The position numbers were made by a program, and so were the translations under genes. The notes beneath the pieces are model-generated. The model did not search any database. It was given only the letters and a program-made list of their open reading frames with translations, and was not told the DNA's origin. From Bacillota bacterium (GTDB taxonomy: Bacteria; Bacillota; Clostridia; Lachnospirales; Lachnospiraceae), in NCBI GenBank assembly GCA_023441965.1, contig JAEZNB010000078.1:3538-67537 (forward strand): a DNA stretch of 64,000 nucleotides, read 5' to 3'. Below are positions 9,906 through 20,823 of the stretch, piece after piece (the stretch's first letter is position 1; each line of letters starts with the position of its first letter).

Positions 9906-11240
9906 ATGAAAAGAGGATATTTGAAGGTTACATTAGCAGTCATTCTGCTGCTGATGTTTGCTGTCATAACAGGCTGTGCGAAGAAGGAAGACAATCAGAC
10001 TGCTAAGACAAATGCTGCCGGGCAGGAAGAGGTCAAAGATCAGGGAACAGCCGAAGAAAAAGCAGATGTAAAGGCAGAGGAGAAAACCGAAGAGAAGACA
10101 GAGGAGAAAGCTACCCCTACTCCTGCTACGGAGGAGGCTCAGCCTGCCGAGACAGAGGAACAGGCTACAGCAGAGCAGGAAGCCGCAAGCCAGGTTACAT
10201 TAAACATTGAGGGTGGAATCAAGGATGTTTACGCTCAGGTTGGTATGAGAGCGGGAACCTGTCTCTCAGAGTTTATGCTTTTCGATAGTAAACATAAGGA
10301 TATTATCAAAGAGAACTTCAACACGATCACTCTGGAGAATCTGATGAAGCCGGATTATATCCTGGACAAGGCTGCAAGTATGGCTGCCGGGGATATCGTA
10401 GTGAATTTCACACCTAAGACCAAAGAATTGCTGGATTGGGCGAAGGAAAACGGAATGTCTGTCCGCGGACATGTTCTGGTTTGGTACAGCCAGACTCCGG
10501 ACTGGATCTTCTATAATGAATTTGACAAGACCAAGGGTCTGGTGGACCGTGACACCATGCTGGCAAGGATGGAGAGCTACATCAGGCAGACCTTTGAGCT
10601 TTTGGATACCCTTGGTTATTCAGAGATGTTCTATGCCTATGACGTAGTAAATGAAGCATTGCTTGATAACGGAGCTTATCGGGATTGTCTGTGGAAGAAG
10701 ATCATCGGAGACGACTATATCTGGTACGCCTTCAAATATGCAGATCAATATGCACCCGAGAACATAAAGTTGTATTATAATGACTTTAATGAGCAGTTCA
10801 AGACACCGCATTTTATGAAGCTGGCTCAGTCTCTGGTGGATGAGACAGGCAGATCTCTGATTGATGGCATCGGATGTCAGGGACACTTATATACTCAGGA
10901 TTCCATTGATGACTATATGAATATGCTGAAGGCTTACAAGACACTGGGTCTGGAAGTGCAGATTACTGAGCTGGATGTCAGCCTCGGTACCTGGCAGAAG
11001 ATTCTTCCTGCCACAGAGGAGAACCTGATTGCTCAGGGCAAGTATTATTATGAACTCGTCAATCGGATCATTACTGAAAATGCTGCAGGTAATACCAATG
11101 TATCAGGAATTACCTTCTGGGGCTTTTCCGATTTCTTATCCTGGAGAAGGGACCGCAGCCCTGTTCTCTTTGATAAGAATAACAATCCGAAATTAGCTTA
11201 TTATGGCGCTTTACAGGACCGTGCCAAGGCAGGTTATTAA
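9906..11240 (+). CDS. GH10 endo-1,4-beta-xylanase, lipoprotein
   Basis: Lipobox ITGC, Glu/Ala/Thr-rich linker, ENLMKP, RGHVLVWYSQTP, YDVVNE, YYNDFN, ITELDV. Confidence 0.92.
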   Translation: MKRGYLKVTLAVILLLMFAVITGCAKKEDNQTAKTNAAGQEEVKDQGTAEEKADVKAEEKTEEKTEEKATPTPATEEAQPAETEEQATAEQEAASQVTLNIEGGIKDVYAQVGMRAGTCLSEFMLFDSKHKDIIKENFNTITLENLMKPDYILDKAASMAAGDIVVNFTPKTKELLDWAKENGMSVRGHVLVWYSQTPDWIFYNEFDKTKGLVDRDTMLARMESYIRQTFELLDTLGYSEMFYAYDVVNEALLDNGAYRDCLWKKIIGDDYIWYAFKYADQYAPENIKLYYNDFNEQFKTPHFMKLAQSLVDETGRSLIDGIGCQGHLYTQDSIDDYMNMLKAYKTLGLEVQITELDVSLGTWQKILPATEENLIAQGKYYYELVNRIITENAAGNTNVSGITFWGFSDFLSWRRDRSPVLFDKNNNPKLAYYGALQDRAKAGY

Positions 11241-11338
11241 TACTTAGGGTGTACGAAGGGGAGGGTTCACTTCATGTGGCCCTCCCTCTATGTAAGGATG
11301 CCATAGAAGCAGCAGAGGAGGGGACCCTCTATTTTTAG

Positions 11339-12880
<1,542 letters not shown>

Positions 12881-13068
12881 AACAGAAGCATCAGCCTGCT
12901 GGGCGGAAGCTTACCATAGATTGGACTTATGCGATATAATCAAATCATTCATAAGCCTGCACCCGTGTGCGGGCTTATTGAGCTTTCATCGGTTTACTAT
13001 AAAAGCAAAACATGATAGAATAGGATCAATGCCCTATACTTCGGACAAGGACTGCATGGAGGATTACA

Positions 13069-13644
13069 ATGAAAAGAAATGTGAAATTTTACTGGGAGCT
13101 GTTTATGTCAACCTTTCTGCTGAGTGCTTTTACCTTTGGCGGAGGATATGTCATTGTTCCCCTGATGAGGAAGAAGTTTGTAGATAAGCTGCACTGGGTT
13201 GAGGAGGAGGAGATGCTCAATATGGTGGCGATTGCTCAATCTGCTCCGGGCCCGATTGCAATTAACACCTCCATTCTGATTGGTTATCGTATGGCAGGGG
13301 TAGGAGGCGCCTTCCTGACCGTTCTGGGCACGGTTCTGCCATGCTTGATTATTCTGACTGTCATCTCCACCTTCTATCAGTCCTTTAGGGACAGCACAGT
13401 GGTCCGAGCCCTGCTGAAGGGAATGCAGGCCGGCGTGGCTGCGGTCATTACGGATGTAGTAGCGGGTATGATCGGCAATGTACTGAAGGAGAAGAAGATC
13501 TATTCGATTCTGCTGATGTTAGCTGCCTTTATCGTAACCCTTGTCTATGACATTAATGTCATCTATATCATCCTGGGTGGCGGCTTACTGGGTGCCATAG
13601 CTGTGATTTATAGAGAGAAGAGGAAGGGAGGTGCAGCGGCATGA
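13069..13644 (+). CDS. Chromate transporter family (short-chain CHR, subunit 1)
   Basis: FTFGGGY and AQSAPGP motifs. Confidence 0.88.
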   Translation: MKRNVKFYWELFMSTFLLSAFTFGGGYVIVPLMRKKFVDKLHWVEEEEMLNMVAIAQSAPGPIAINTSILIGYRMAGVGGAFLTVLGTVLPCLIILTVISTFYQSFRDSTVVRALLKGMQAGVAAVITDVVAGMIGNVLKEKKIYSILLMLAAFIVTLVYDINVIYIILGGGLLGAIAVIYREKRKGGAAA

Positions 13645-14201
13645 TCTATCTGCAGCTGCTGATCAGCTTTTTTCAGATCGGACTCTTCAGTATCGGCGGA
13701 GGCTATGCTGCCTTGCCTCTGATTCAGGAACAGGTGGTGGACGTCCATCAATGGCTGACTCTGGGGGAGTATTCCGACCTGATTACAATATCGCAGATGA
13801 CACCGGGTCCGATCGCAATCAATACAGCCACCTTTGTTGGGAACCAGATTGCCGGGCTGCCGGGTTCCATCCTGGCCACCTTCGGATGTGTACTTCCCTC
13901 CTTTATTATTGTGCTGATTCTGGCCTACTTCTACTTTAAATACAAGAATATCAAGCTTGTGCAGGGTATTCTAAGTGGCTTAAGGCCTGTCGTTGTTGCC
14001 CTGATTGCATCTGCTGCTCTGTCCATATTTACCCTGTCCATCTGGGGTGAGGAGGGCTTCAGCTTGAAGGCGGAGGATCTGGATTTCATTGCAGTAGGAT
14101 TATTTGCGGTAAGCTTATTTGCTCTTAGAAAATGGAGGGTGAATCAGATTGTGGTGATGCTTTGCTCCGGTATCGTCGGAATGCTTCTGTATCTGCTGTA
14201 A
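13641..14201 (+). CDS. Chromate transporter family (short-chain CHR, subunit 2)
   Basis: FSIGGGY and SQMTPGP motifs; ATGA overlap with the upstream gene. Confidence 0.88.
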   Translation: MIYLQLLISFFQIGLFSIGGGYAALPLIQEQVVDVHQWLTLGEYSDLITISQMTPGPIAINTATFVGNQIAGLPGSILATFGCVLPSFIIVLILAYFYFKYKNIKLVQGILSGLRPVVVALIASAALSIFTLSIWGEEGFSLKAEDLDFIAVGLFAVSLFALRKWRVNQIVVMLCSGIVGMLLYLL

Positions 14202-14252
14202 ACACTACCCGGCCGATGTATATACTCGGAAAATAGACTCGGACGAAAGAAA

Positions 14253-14317
14253 AGGCTCTCACTGGGAGGAGCATATCCTGTCATATGGACAGTGAATGTT
14301 ATCCTTGTGAGAGCCTG
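14253..14317. terminator. Long hairpin between convergent genes (probable bidirectional terminator)
   Basis: AGGCTCTCAC...GTGAGAGCCT with inner CTGTC/GACAG stem. Confidence 0.5.
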
Positions 14318-14360
14318 CTATTCTTATCGGTTAGCTAACGGCTTGCCGCTATGCATAGAA

Positions 14361-14948
14361 TTATCTGTGATTATTTGCGATCTTTCTGAGCTTCACATTG
14401 GCAGGGATACTGATTACCTGCTGTATCGGTTTCCATACGAAGGCGGCGATGGTCAAGTCCACCATACTGTGGATGAGACCTCCGACACCAACCAGGAGAA
14501 GGACGGATTTCACATAGCCGTTATCCAGAAATGCCGCCGGAACATTACCGCCGAAATAGAAGTAGCTTACCACCACTACCTCTGCCAGGGCATGGATCAG
14601 AGAGATGCCAAAGGAATATAAAGCTGCTGTCTTAAAGCTGTTCAGCATAGATCCGTTCTTTTTTAAGAGATAAGAACCTAAAGCTACAAAAATCAAATGG
14701 GATAAGGCCCGCAGTACGATGATCGGAATAAAGCCGGCGATCAGAAAACCAAAGGTGGTAATCACCGCTACAGAGATCGCTACCGTGGGAGATATGAACA
14801 TGGCGATAAAAATCGGCACATGACTGGCCAGAGTAAAGGAAGCCGGCCCAATCTGTATCTTGGGAAAATACATGGGTATTAATATGCCTACCGCGCAGAG
14901 CAGGGCAGCAATTGTCATTGTTTTAATTCTCTCCATTTGATTTGACAT
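14361..14948 (-). CDS. niaX: Niacin transporter, ECF S-component NiaX family
   Basis: PASFTLASHVPIFIAMF signature, hydrophobic 195 aa; NiaR-like box upstream. Confidence 0.78.
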   Translation of the reverse strand: MSNQMERIKTMTIAALLCAVGILIPMYFPKIQIGPASFTLASHVPIFIAMFISPTVAISVAVITTFGFLIAGFIPIIVLRALSHLIFVALGSYLLKKNGSMLNSFKTAALYSFGISLIHALAEVVVVSYFYFGGNVPAAFLDNGYVKSVLLLVGVGGLIHSMVDLTIAAFVWKPIQQVISIPANVKLRKIANNHR

Positions 14949-15007
14949 TCTTATCTACCTTCCTTTATAAAATTCCTTTTAGGGTTGACAGTCTATCAAT
15001 CAGTCTT

Positions 15008-15058
15008 GTTAGCTGTCTTGTCAGCTGTAATTATACAGAACCTACAGCCTCCTGTCAA
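15008..15058 (-). promoter_or_regulatory. Consensus sigma-A promoter plus NiaR-like operator
   Basis: Minus strand TTGACA(15058-15053)-17-TATAAT(15035-15030), immediately followed by pseudo-palindrome TACAGCTGACAAGACAGCTAAC (15029-15008). Confidence 0.7.
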
Positions 15059-15117
15059 TCGCTTTTCAGCATAAAGATTCCTGGCAAATACCCGTTTCTT
15101 TTGTGGAATTTTACATT

Positions 15118-16227
15118 TTACGCTTCAAAAGGAAATTTGATAGGAATGCCAAGCTGGTCCCTTACCTTCAGGAATTCCTTCTGTACCTCTTCACCGATCG
15201 GTACCCCCTTATCCTTCCGTTCCAGCCATACCAGATACTCCTTCTCTCCGGCAGTATAGATCCGGTCTGAACCGGGTGCCAGCTTGGAGGCCCGAAGGCT
15301 GCGCAGGATATCACCGGTGGTCTTCTTGAAGCTGTCAAGGCCCAGAAAGGCTTCCGGATCGATGGCGATGAAGAAGTGTCCGAGATGATAGGGTGTCTTC
15401 TCACCTTGCTCCCCGATACCGTTCAGCAGCTTCAGATAGCTTCCTGCCTGTAAGGCAGCAGATAGAATCTCAACTACGGTTGCATAGCCATAGCCCTTGT
15501 AGCCTGCCAGCTCCTCTCCGATTCCTCCTAAGGGAGCCAGGGCAGCGGTACCGGCGGTAAGAGCAGAAAGAATCTCCTTACTGTCTGTCATGGCGGTACC
15601 GTCTTCGCCGATCACCATACCCTCCGGGGTGGCTTGTCCGGTCCGGGCATAATACTCAATCTTACCTCTTTGCGTGATACTGGTGGCACAATCCAGAATA
15701 AAGGGGAAGTCCTCATCCGTAGGCATACCAAAGGTCAGAGGATTGGTTCCCAGCATATTTTCTACACCGAAGGTGGGTGCGATGGATGGGCGGGCATTGG
15801 TCCCGGTGATACCGATTAAGCCTTCCTTTATCGCCATAGAAGCATAATAGCCTGCGATGCCGTAATGGGTGGAAGAACGGGCTGCCACCATACCCATACC
15901 ATATTTCTTAGCCTTATCGATGGCCATCTGCATGGCTTTATAGCCTACTACCATGCCCATCCCATCATGACCGTCCACAACAGCGGTCGTGGCTGTTTCC
16001 TTTAAAATTTCAAATTCGGTAACAGGCTTCTGGATGCCTGCCAGGATACGATCCACATAGATCGCCTTAAATCTGTTGCATCCGTGGCTTTCAATTCCCC
16101 TCCGGTCACTTTCCATCAGTACATCAGCGCAGAGGGCGGCTTCCTCTGATGGAACTCCCAATTTTTCAAATACGGCGGTCATAAAATCTCCGATCAGCTT
16201 CCAGGGCAGATAAGGCCTTGTTTCCAT
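15118..16227 (-). CDS. Ldh_2 family (malate/L-lactate dehydrogenase-like) oxidoreductase
   Basis: RGIESHG, THYGIAGYY, GTNPL, GYKGYG motifs. Confidence 0.88.
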   Translation of the reverse strand: METRPYLPWKLIGDFMTAVFEKLGVPSEEAALCADVLMESDRRGIESHGCNRFKAIYVDRILAGIQKPVTEFEILKETATTAVVDGHDGMGMVVGYKAMQMAIDKAKKYGMGMVAARSSTHYGIAGYYASMAIKEGLIGITGTNARPSIAPTFGVENMLGTNPLTFGMPTDEDFPFILDCATSITQRGKIEYYARTGQATPEGMVIGEDGTAMTDSKEILSALTAGTAALAPLGGIGEELAGYKGYGYATVVEILSAALQAGSYLKLLNGIGEQGEKTPYHLGHFFIAIDPEAFLGLDSFKKTTGDILRSLRASKLAPGSDRIYTAGEKEYLVWLERKDKGVPIGEEVQKEFLKVRDQLGIPIKFPFEA

Positions 16228-16431
16228 AGGACAATCCTCCAATAATTATTTATAGTTTTTACCATTTTAACATAATATTCCCATCTGTGTACACAGTAAG
16301 ATAGAAAGATTTCACTACCCACAATATTACAGGGAGGAACAGCTTGCCCGTCTATCGGATTACTCTTATAATGAAAGCTGGAGAAAGTTTTACGACAGGT
16401 CATTTGTACATAGAGCAAAGGAGCAGCACAC

Positions 16432-17301
16432 ATGATACTGAAAACAAAGAATCTGAATATCAGACAGATTGCGGAATCGGGACAGTGCTTCCGAATGAAT
16501 CCTATAGAGCAGGGGGGTTACTCCCTGATTGCTTACGGAAGCTATCTCACAGTCAGGCAGCCGGAGGAGGACATCCTGGAGCTGGAATGTTCGGAGGAGG
16601 ACTACCGGGCTGTTTGGAAGGATTATTTTCATATGGAATATGACTATGGAAGTATCGTGAGCAGATTAGAGCAAGGACCCGATATTTTTATACGAAATGC
16701 AGTGCAGTATGGAAGAGGAATCCGTATCCTGAAACAGGAGCCCTTCGAGATGCTGATCAGCTTTATCATATCCCAGAATAAGAACATACCCGCGATAAAG
16801 ACCTGTATTGAAAGGCTCTGTGAGAAGTATGGAGACCAAGGGATGGACCGGACTACAGGAGTAAGGTATTATTCCTTTCCGACAGCGGACCGATTGGCAG
16901 AAGCGAGCAAGGAGGACTTAAGACAGCTGAAGCTGGGCTACAGGGACAGCTATATACTGAGTGCTGCCAGGGCAGTGGCCGAAGGCACAGTCAGACTGGA
17001 GGAGCTGAAGACCGTCAGTCATGAGGAGGCAGTTAAGACCTTATGCACCATTCACGGTGTGGGTGTCAAGGTGGCAACCTGTGTGTCCCTATATGGCCTG
17101 CAGCATATCGAAGCCTTTCCGGTGGATGTCTGGATCCGGAGAATCCTGTCAGAGGTATACGGTGACAGCTTTGATACGGCACCCTATCGGGATTACGCCG
17201 GAATCCTTCAGCAATATATGTTCTACTATATCAGAAGCCTGAAGGAGGGCGGCAAGGCTCCTCGGTCTAAGAAGGAAGTGCAGACCGAGCCAGGCAGTTA
17301 A
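16432..17301 (+). CDS. 8-oxoguanine DNA glycosylase (Ogg family, HhH-GPD)
   Basis: ESGQCFR, FIISQNKNI, GVGVKVA, FPVDVW, AGILQQYMF. Confidence 0.88.
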   Translation: MILKTKNLNIRQIAESGQCFRMNPIEQGGYSLIAYGSYLTVRQPEEDILELECSEEDYRAVWKDYFHMEYDYGSIVSRLEQGPDIFIRNAVQYGRGIRILKQEPFEMLISFIISQNKNIPAIKTCIERLCEKYGDQGMDRTTGVRYYSFPTADRLAEASKEDLRQLKLGYRDSYILSAARAVAEGTVRLEELKTVSHEEAVKTLCTIHGVGVKVATCVSLYGLQHIEAFPVDVWIRRILSEVYGDSFDTAPYRDYAGILQQYMFYYIRSLKEGGKAPRSKKEVQTEPGS

Positions 17302-17384
17302 TGATAAATTTACAAAATACATAAGTACAAATAACATAAATGCAAAATTGAATTAAGTTTGGAGGATGACCCAGTTAATTACAA

Positions 17385-17490
17385 GGTTCCTGCGATATGG
17401 ATTCATGCCAAAAGTATATAAGCGGGTAGCATCGGGAAAAATAATGCCGAGAATCTATATTCTCTTTTTATCATGACCACGCAGCAGGTA
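17385..17490 (+). ncRNA. CsfG-like sporulation small RNA (candidate)
   Basis: GGTTCCTGCGATATGGATTCATG...CATGACCACGCAGCAGG ends pair (CTGCG/CGCAG, TCATG/CATGA); resembles my recollection of the CsfG consensus; not verified by a search. Confidence 0.5.
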
Positions 17491-17564
17491 CTAGGAGAAA
17501 GTGTGAGCTACTGCAAACTTACACAAGGACTGACTGCCTTGAAGCGGCATCACAGGAGGTTTGT

Positions 17565-17939
17565 ATGAATAAGGGAAACAGCAGGGACAACAGGAGTTTA
17601 GAAAATGAACGCCGGGTTGAACATCTCTGTAATCTGGTAGAAAAGAAGACCAGAACAGAACGCCATCTCAAGGAGCATTCGGATATTTCTTCTTCCCCCG
17701 GAAATATTGAGCATGCAAAGGAGCTGCAAAGGGAGCGCGAGCAGGAGATCGAAAACCTGAAGGACATTCTTTCCCATGGAGAAAATGCAAAAAACCGCCA
17801 GTATGAGAACACCCAGAAACGGTTCCTGTATACGGAAGGATATCTGAATCACAATGCCGGCCGCATGGAGGAAGAAGCCTTTCAAAATGCTAAGAGGAGA
17901 CAGGAGAACCGCAAGGATCAGCTGGATAGCATGAGATAA
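17565..17939 (+). CDS. Small charged helical protein, Tlp-like (spore protein candidate)
   Basis: AGGAGG RBS; 124 aa, highly charged, two similar halves (..QREREQEIENLK / ..QENRKDQLDSMR). Confidence 0.5.
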   Translation: MNKGNSRDNRSLENERRVEHLCNLVEKKTRTERHLKEHSDISSSPGNIEHAKELQREREQEIENLKDILSHGENAKNRQYENTQKRFLYTEGYLNHNAGRMEEEAFQNAKRRQENRKDQLDSMR

Positions 17940-17974
17940 TTCCAGGGTCTGAACCTAAGAGGGATCGCTTTAGA

Positions 17975-18013
17975 TAACCGGAACAGTATGGCAGCAGAAT
18001 ACTGTTCCGGTTA
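17975..18013. terminator. Hairpin between convergent genes
   Basis: TAACCGGAACAGTA...TACTGTTCCGGTTA perfect inverted repeat. Confidence 0.7.
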
Positions 18014-18096
18014 TTGTGTTTGCAATAAAATAAACCACCAGCTTCGCTCATTGTGAGAGGGCTCTTCCGGGTGAAAAACCCGTGCAGGAAAAAATA

Positions 18097-19422
18097 TTAA
18101 GGTGTCAGCCGTTTGATATCCCTGGGAAAGAGGGTGGAACAGCGGACATTACTTTGATTTAAGAGTCTGCTGGTAAAGCGCTCCAGGCCCAGACCCAGAC
18201 CTCCGTGGGGTGGTATACCGTACTTATGGAGCATGAGATAGCTGTCAAAGGCAGCGGGGTCCATGCCCCTGTCAAGGAGCTTCTGAACCTGTTTTTTGTA
18301 GTCATGGATTCTTTGCCCTCCGGTGGTAATCTCCAGGCTCCGAAAGAGCAGATCGAAGCTTAGGGTTTCCTCCGGGTTTTCCGGATCCTCCATGGCATAG
18401 AAGGGACGCTTCTTCGTCGGATAATGGGTAATAAATACAAACTCACTGCCACTTCTCTTCCGTATGATTTCATATAGAAGCTTCTCCTCTTCCGGTTCAA
18501 AATCAAGCAGATCCGTAATCTCCCTCCCATATTCCTCGGAAATCATTCTTTTTGCTTCATGAAAGCGGATAACCGGTATGTGGTCAGCAGAGGGCAGGGT
18601 AACCTGACATAGGTTCAGCTCATAGGCATATTCCTCCTTTAGAAGCTGAAGTGTAAATTGAAGCATAGCGGTCTCCAGCTCCATCAGCTCCGTAAAGTCC
18701 TGCAGATAACCCATTTCCAGGTCGACGCTGGTATACTCGTTCAGATGCCTGGAGGTATCGTGCTTCTCCGCACGGAAAACAGGGGCGATTTCGTATACCC
18801 TTTCATAAACACCCACCATCATCTGCTTATAAAACTGGGGGCTCTGAGCCAGATATGCTTCTTTGCCGAAGTAGTCCAAACGAAAGATATTGGCGCCTCC
18901 CTCCGCTCCGGAGAAGACGATTTTCGGAGAATGGATCTCCGTAAAGCCCTTCTCTGCCAGAAAGGAGCGGAAGCCTCTGCAGATTCCCTCCTGCAGCCGA
19001 AAAATTGCCCTTTCCTTCTCATTTCGCAGGGTCAAGGGCCGATAATCCAGGAGGGTTTCCAGGGAAGTCTCCACAAGCTTGTTGTTAATGACCACCGGCA
19101 GGTCTTCAGCGGGACCGGATAGTACTTCCACCTGCTTTAGCAGGATCTCATAGCCTGACTTGGACCGCTCCTCCGCAACCACCTCTCCGATGACGATCAC
19201 GCAGGCCTCTTCCTTCAGGGCAGTGATTGGAAAGAGAGCGGATTCTTCGCTGTAGATACATTGCAGAAGGCCCCTTCTCATACGCAGCAGCACAAAGGCA
19301 AAACCGCTCATCTGCCTGATCTTATATACAGAACCCTGAAGCCTTACAGTCTCACCGATCCTCCGCGACAGGTCCGTAAGATCAAGGGTATTAGAATGAA
19401 TATTACCTTGGATATAGTTCAT
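18097..19422 (-). CDS. aspS: Aspartate--tRNA(Asp/Asn) ligase, short archaeal-type (likely non-discriminating)
   Basis: ~441 aa class IIb synthetase with no bacterial GAD insert; YLAQSPQFYKQ, FRAEKHDTSRHLNE, PPHGGLGLGLER; start chosen from AAGGAG spacing. Confidence 0.88.
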   Translation of the reverse strand: MNYIQGNIHSNTLDLTDLSRRIGETVRLQGSVYKIRQMSGFAFVLLRMRRGLLQCIYSEESALFPITALKEEACVIVIGEVVAEERSKSGYEILLKQVEVLSGPAEDLPVVINNKLVETSLETLLDYRPLTLRNEKERAIFRLQEGICRGFRSFLAEKGFTEIHSPKIVFSGAEGGANIFRLDYFGKEAYLAQSPQFYKQMMVGVYERVYEIAPVFRAEKHDTSRHLNEYTSVDLEMGYLQDFTELMELETAMLQFTLQLLKEEYAYELNLCQVTLPSADHIPVIRFHEAKRMISEEYGREITDLLDFEPEEEKLLYEIIRKRSGSEFVFITHYPTKKRPFYAMEDPENPEETLSFDLLFRSLEITTGGQRIHDYKKQVQKLLDRGMDPAAFDSYLMLHKYGIPPHGGLGLGLERFTSRLLNQSNVRCSTLFPRDIKRLTP

Positions 19423-19615
19423 ATGCATGCTCCTTTCAAGGATTTCCTATAGGATATCGTTATTTAAGATATTCAGTTGTCACTTTTTTCGGTTATAATA
19501 AACGATTCACTGATTCACGATCAAGAGAATTTTACTGTACAATATCGTACCGGACATCATCCATATGTCCCATCCTATCACAACCTTTCTCCCTCTGAGC
19601 TTAATCATAGGCAAT

Positions 19616-19738
19616 AAAAAACCACATAGGAATATGACGAGTATACTCCCATGTGGCTTTGTATTTTTATCCTGCATAAGTCCACATAGGCACAAGACGG
19701 ATAGCGCCTGCACCTATGGTTCCATAGCTGCAAGCGCT
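19616..19738 (-). promoter_or_regulatory. Transcription attenuator: alternative hairpins ending in an intrinsic terminator
   Basis: Four overlapping stems; terminator CCACATGGGAGTAT/ATATTCCTATGTGG followed by TTTTTT on the minus strand. Confidence 0.75.
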
Positions 19739-19739
19739 G

Positions 19740-19781
19740 TCAATCATTGTCCCTATCTGTGGTGAATGTAAGGTGTCTCAT
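19740..19781 (-). CDS. Putative aspS leader peptide MRHLTFTTDRDND
   Basis: ATG AGA CAC CTT ACA TTC ACC ACA GAT AGG GAC AAT GAT TGA; 4 of the last 5 codons are Asp/Asn; lies between promoter and attenuator. Confidence 0.65.
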   Translation of the reverse strand: MRHLTFTTDRDND

Positions 19782-19809
19782 AAGATCCCAGCCTTTGATA
19801 TTTTTATCC

Positions 19810-19838
19810 AGATTATCACAGATTCACATAATTGTCAA
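19810..19838 (-). promoter_or_regulatory. Sigma-A promoter of the aspS leader
   Basis: TTGACA(19838-19833)-17-TAATCT(19815-19810) with extended TG. Confidence 0.6.
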
Positions 19839-20048
19839 ATGTATTATATTATCATTTTCAGGCAGCATCTTAGCTTTCTGGCCCAGGGATATTGTCTTCT
19901 GATTTACCCTTCGTTATAATCAAAAAAGAAAGAGGCCGGATGCTGACCGGACAATACAGGTCGGAATATGTTTTACGATGTTTGGAAGAATAGATGGTGA
20001 AGCGTATAGATTGCTTAAGAGAAGGAACATAACAGGAGGTAGAGGATT

Positions 20049-20783
20049 ATGACAAATGTGAAGGGGAAATGGGCATTGATTACGGGTGCCAGCAGAGGTG
20101 TCGGCTATCATATTGCCATCGAGATGGCCAAACGGGGCTGTAATCTGGTGCTGCATTCCAGAAGTATCACCCATACAGAGAAGGTTCTGGAGGAAGTAAA
20201 GAAAACAGGGGTCAAGGCCTACGCTGTACAGGCCGAGCTATCCGATCTGACGGCAGTGAACAGGATGTTGGATGAAATCGAAGAGAAGGGCACCCATATC
20301 GATCTCCTATTTAATGATGCGGCTGTTCAGATTGCTTACAGACACGAGTATTTTAAGACACCGGCAGAGGATTTTACCCAGAGCTTTCTAATCAATACAA
20401 TCGCCCCGGCCATGATCTGCTATCGTCTGATTCCGAAGATGGTAGAGAAGGGCTTCGGAAGAGTCATCAATACGACCAGTGGTATCAGGAATGAGCCGGA
20501 GCAGGCAGGCTATTCCGCCAGTAAGGCTGCCCTGGATAAATTCACGAAGGATCTGGGCTCTAGGCTGGAGGGCAGTAATGTAATGATCAATCTGGCAGAT
20601 CCCGGCTGGTGCAGGACAGATCTTGGTGGACCTCATGCGCCGAATTCCGTGGAAAGCAGTATACCCGGAATGCTGGTCGGAGCCTTCCTGGATGATAAGC
20701 GGAGCGGAAGATGGATTTCTGCTCAGGACTATACCGGTCTGACCCTTGAGGAGGCTGTGAAAAAAGCGCAGACGATGGACTAG
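20049..20783 (+). CDS. SDR family oxidoreductase
   Basis: TGASRGVG, YSASK, PGWCRTDLGG. Confidence 0.9.
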   Translation: MTNVKGKWALITGASRGVGYHIAIEMAKRGCNLVLHSRSITHTEKVLEEVKKTGVKAYAVQAELSDLTAVNRMLDEIEEKGTHIDLLFNDAAVQIAYRHEYFKTPAEDFTQSFLINTIAPAMICYRLIPKMVEKGFGRVINTTSGIRNEPEQAGYSASKAALDKFTKDLGSRLEGSNVMINLADPGWCRTDLGGPHAPNSVESSIPGMLVGAFLDDKRSGRWISAQDYTGLTLEEAVKKAQTMD

Positions 20784-20823
20784 TCATGGTTGTTTCAGAA
20801 CAGTGCTCCGGCGGTATACTAGC

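Noticed and set aside
10050..10190. Short repeats (GAGAAGAC-like) in the GH10 gene
   Set aside because: They encode the EEKT/ATE low-complexity linker and are not an independent DNA element
19560..19800. T-box riboswitch upstream of aspS
   Set aside because: No GGTGGNACCGCG-type T-box sequence, AG box or specifier stem was found; the uORF plus alternative hairpins explain the region better
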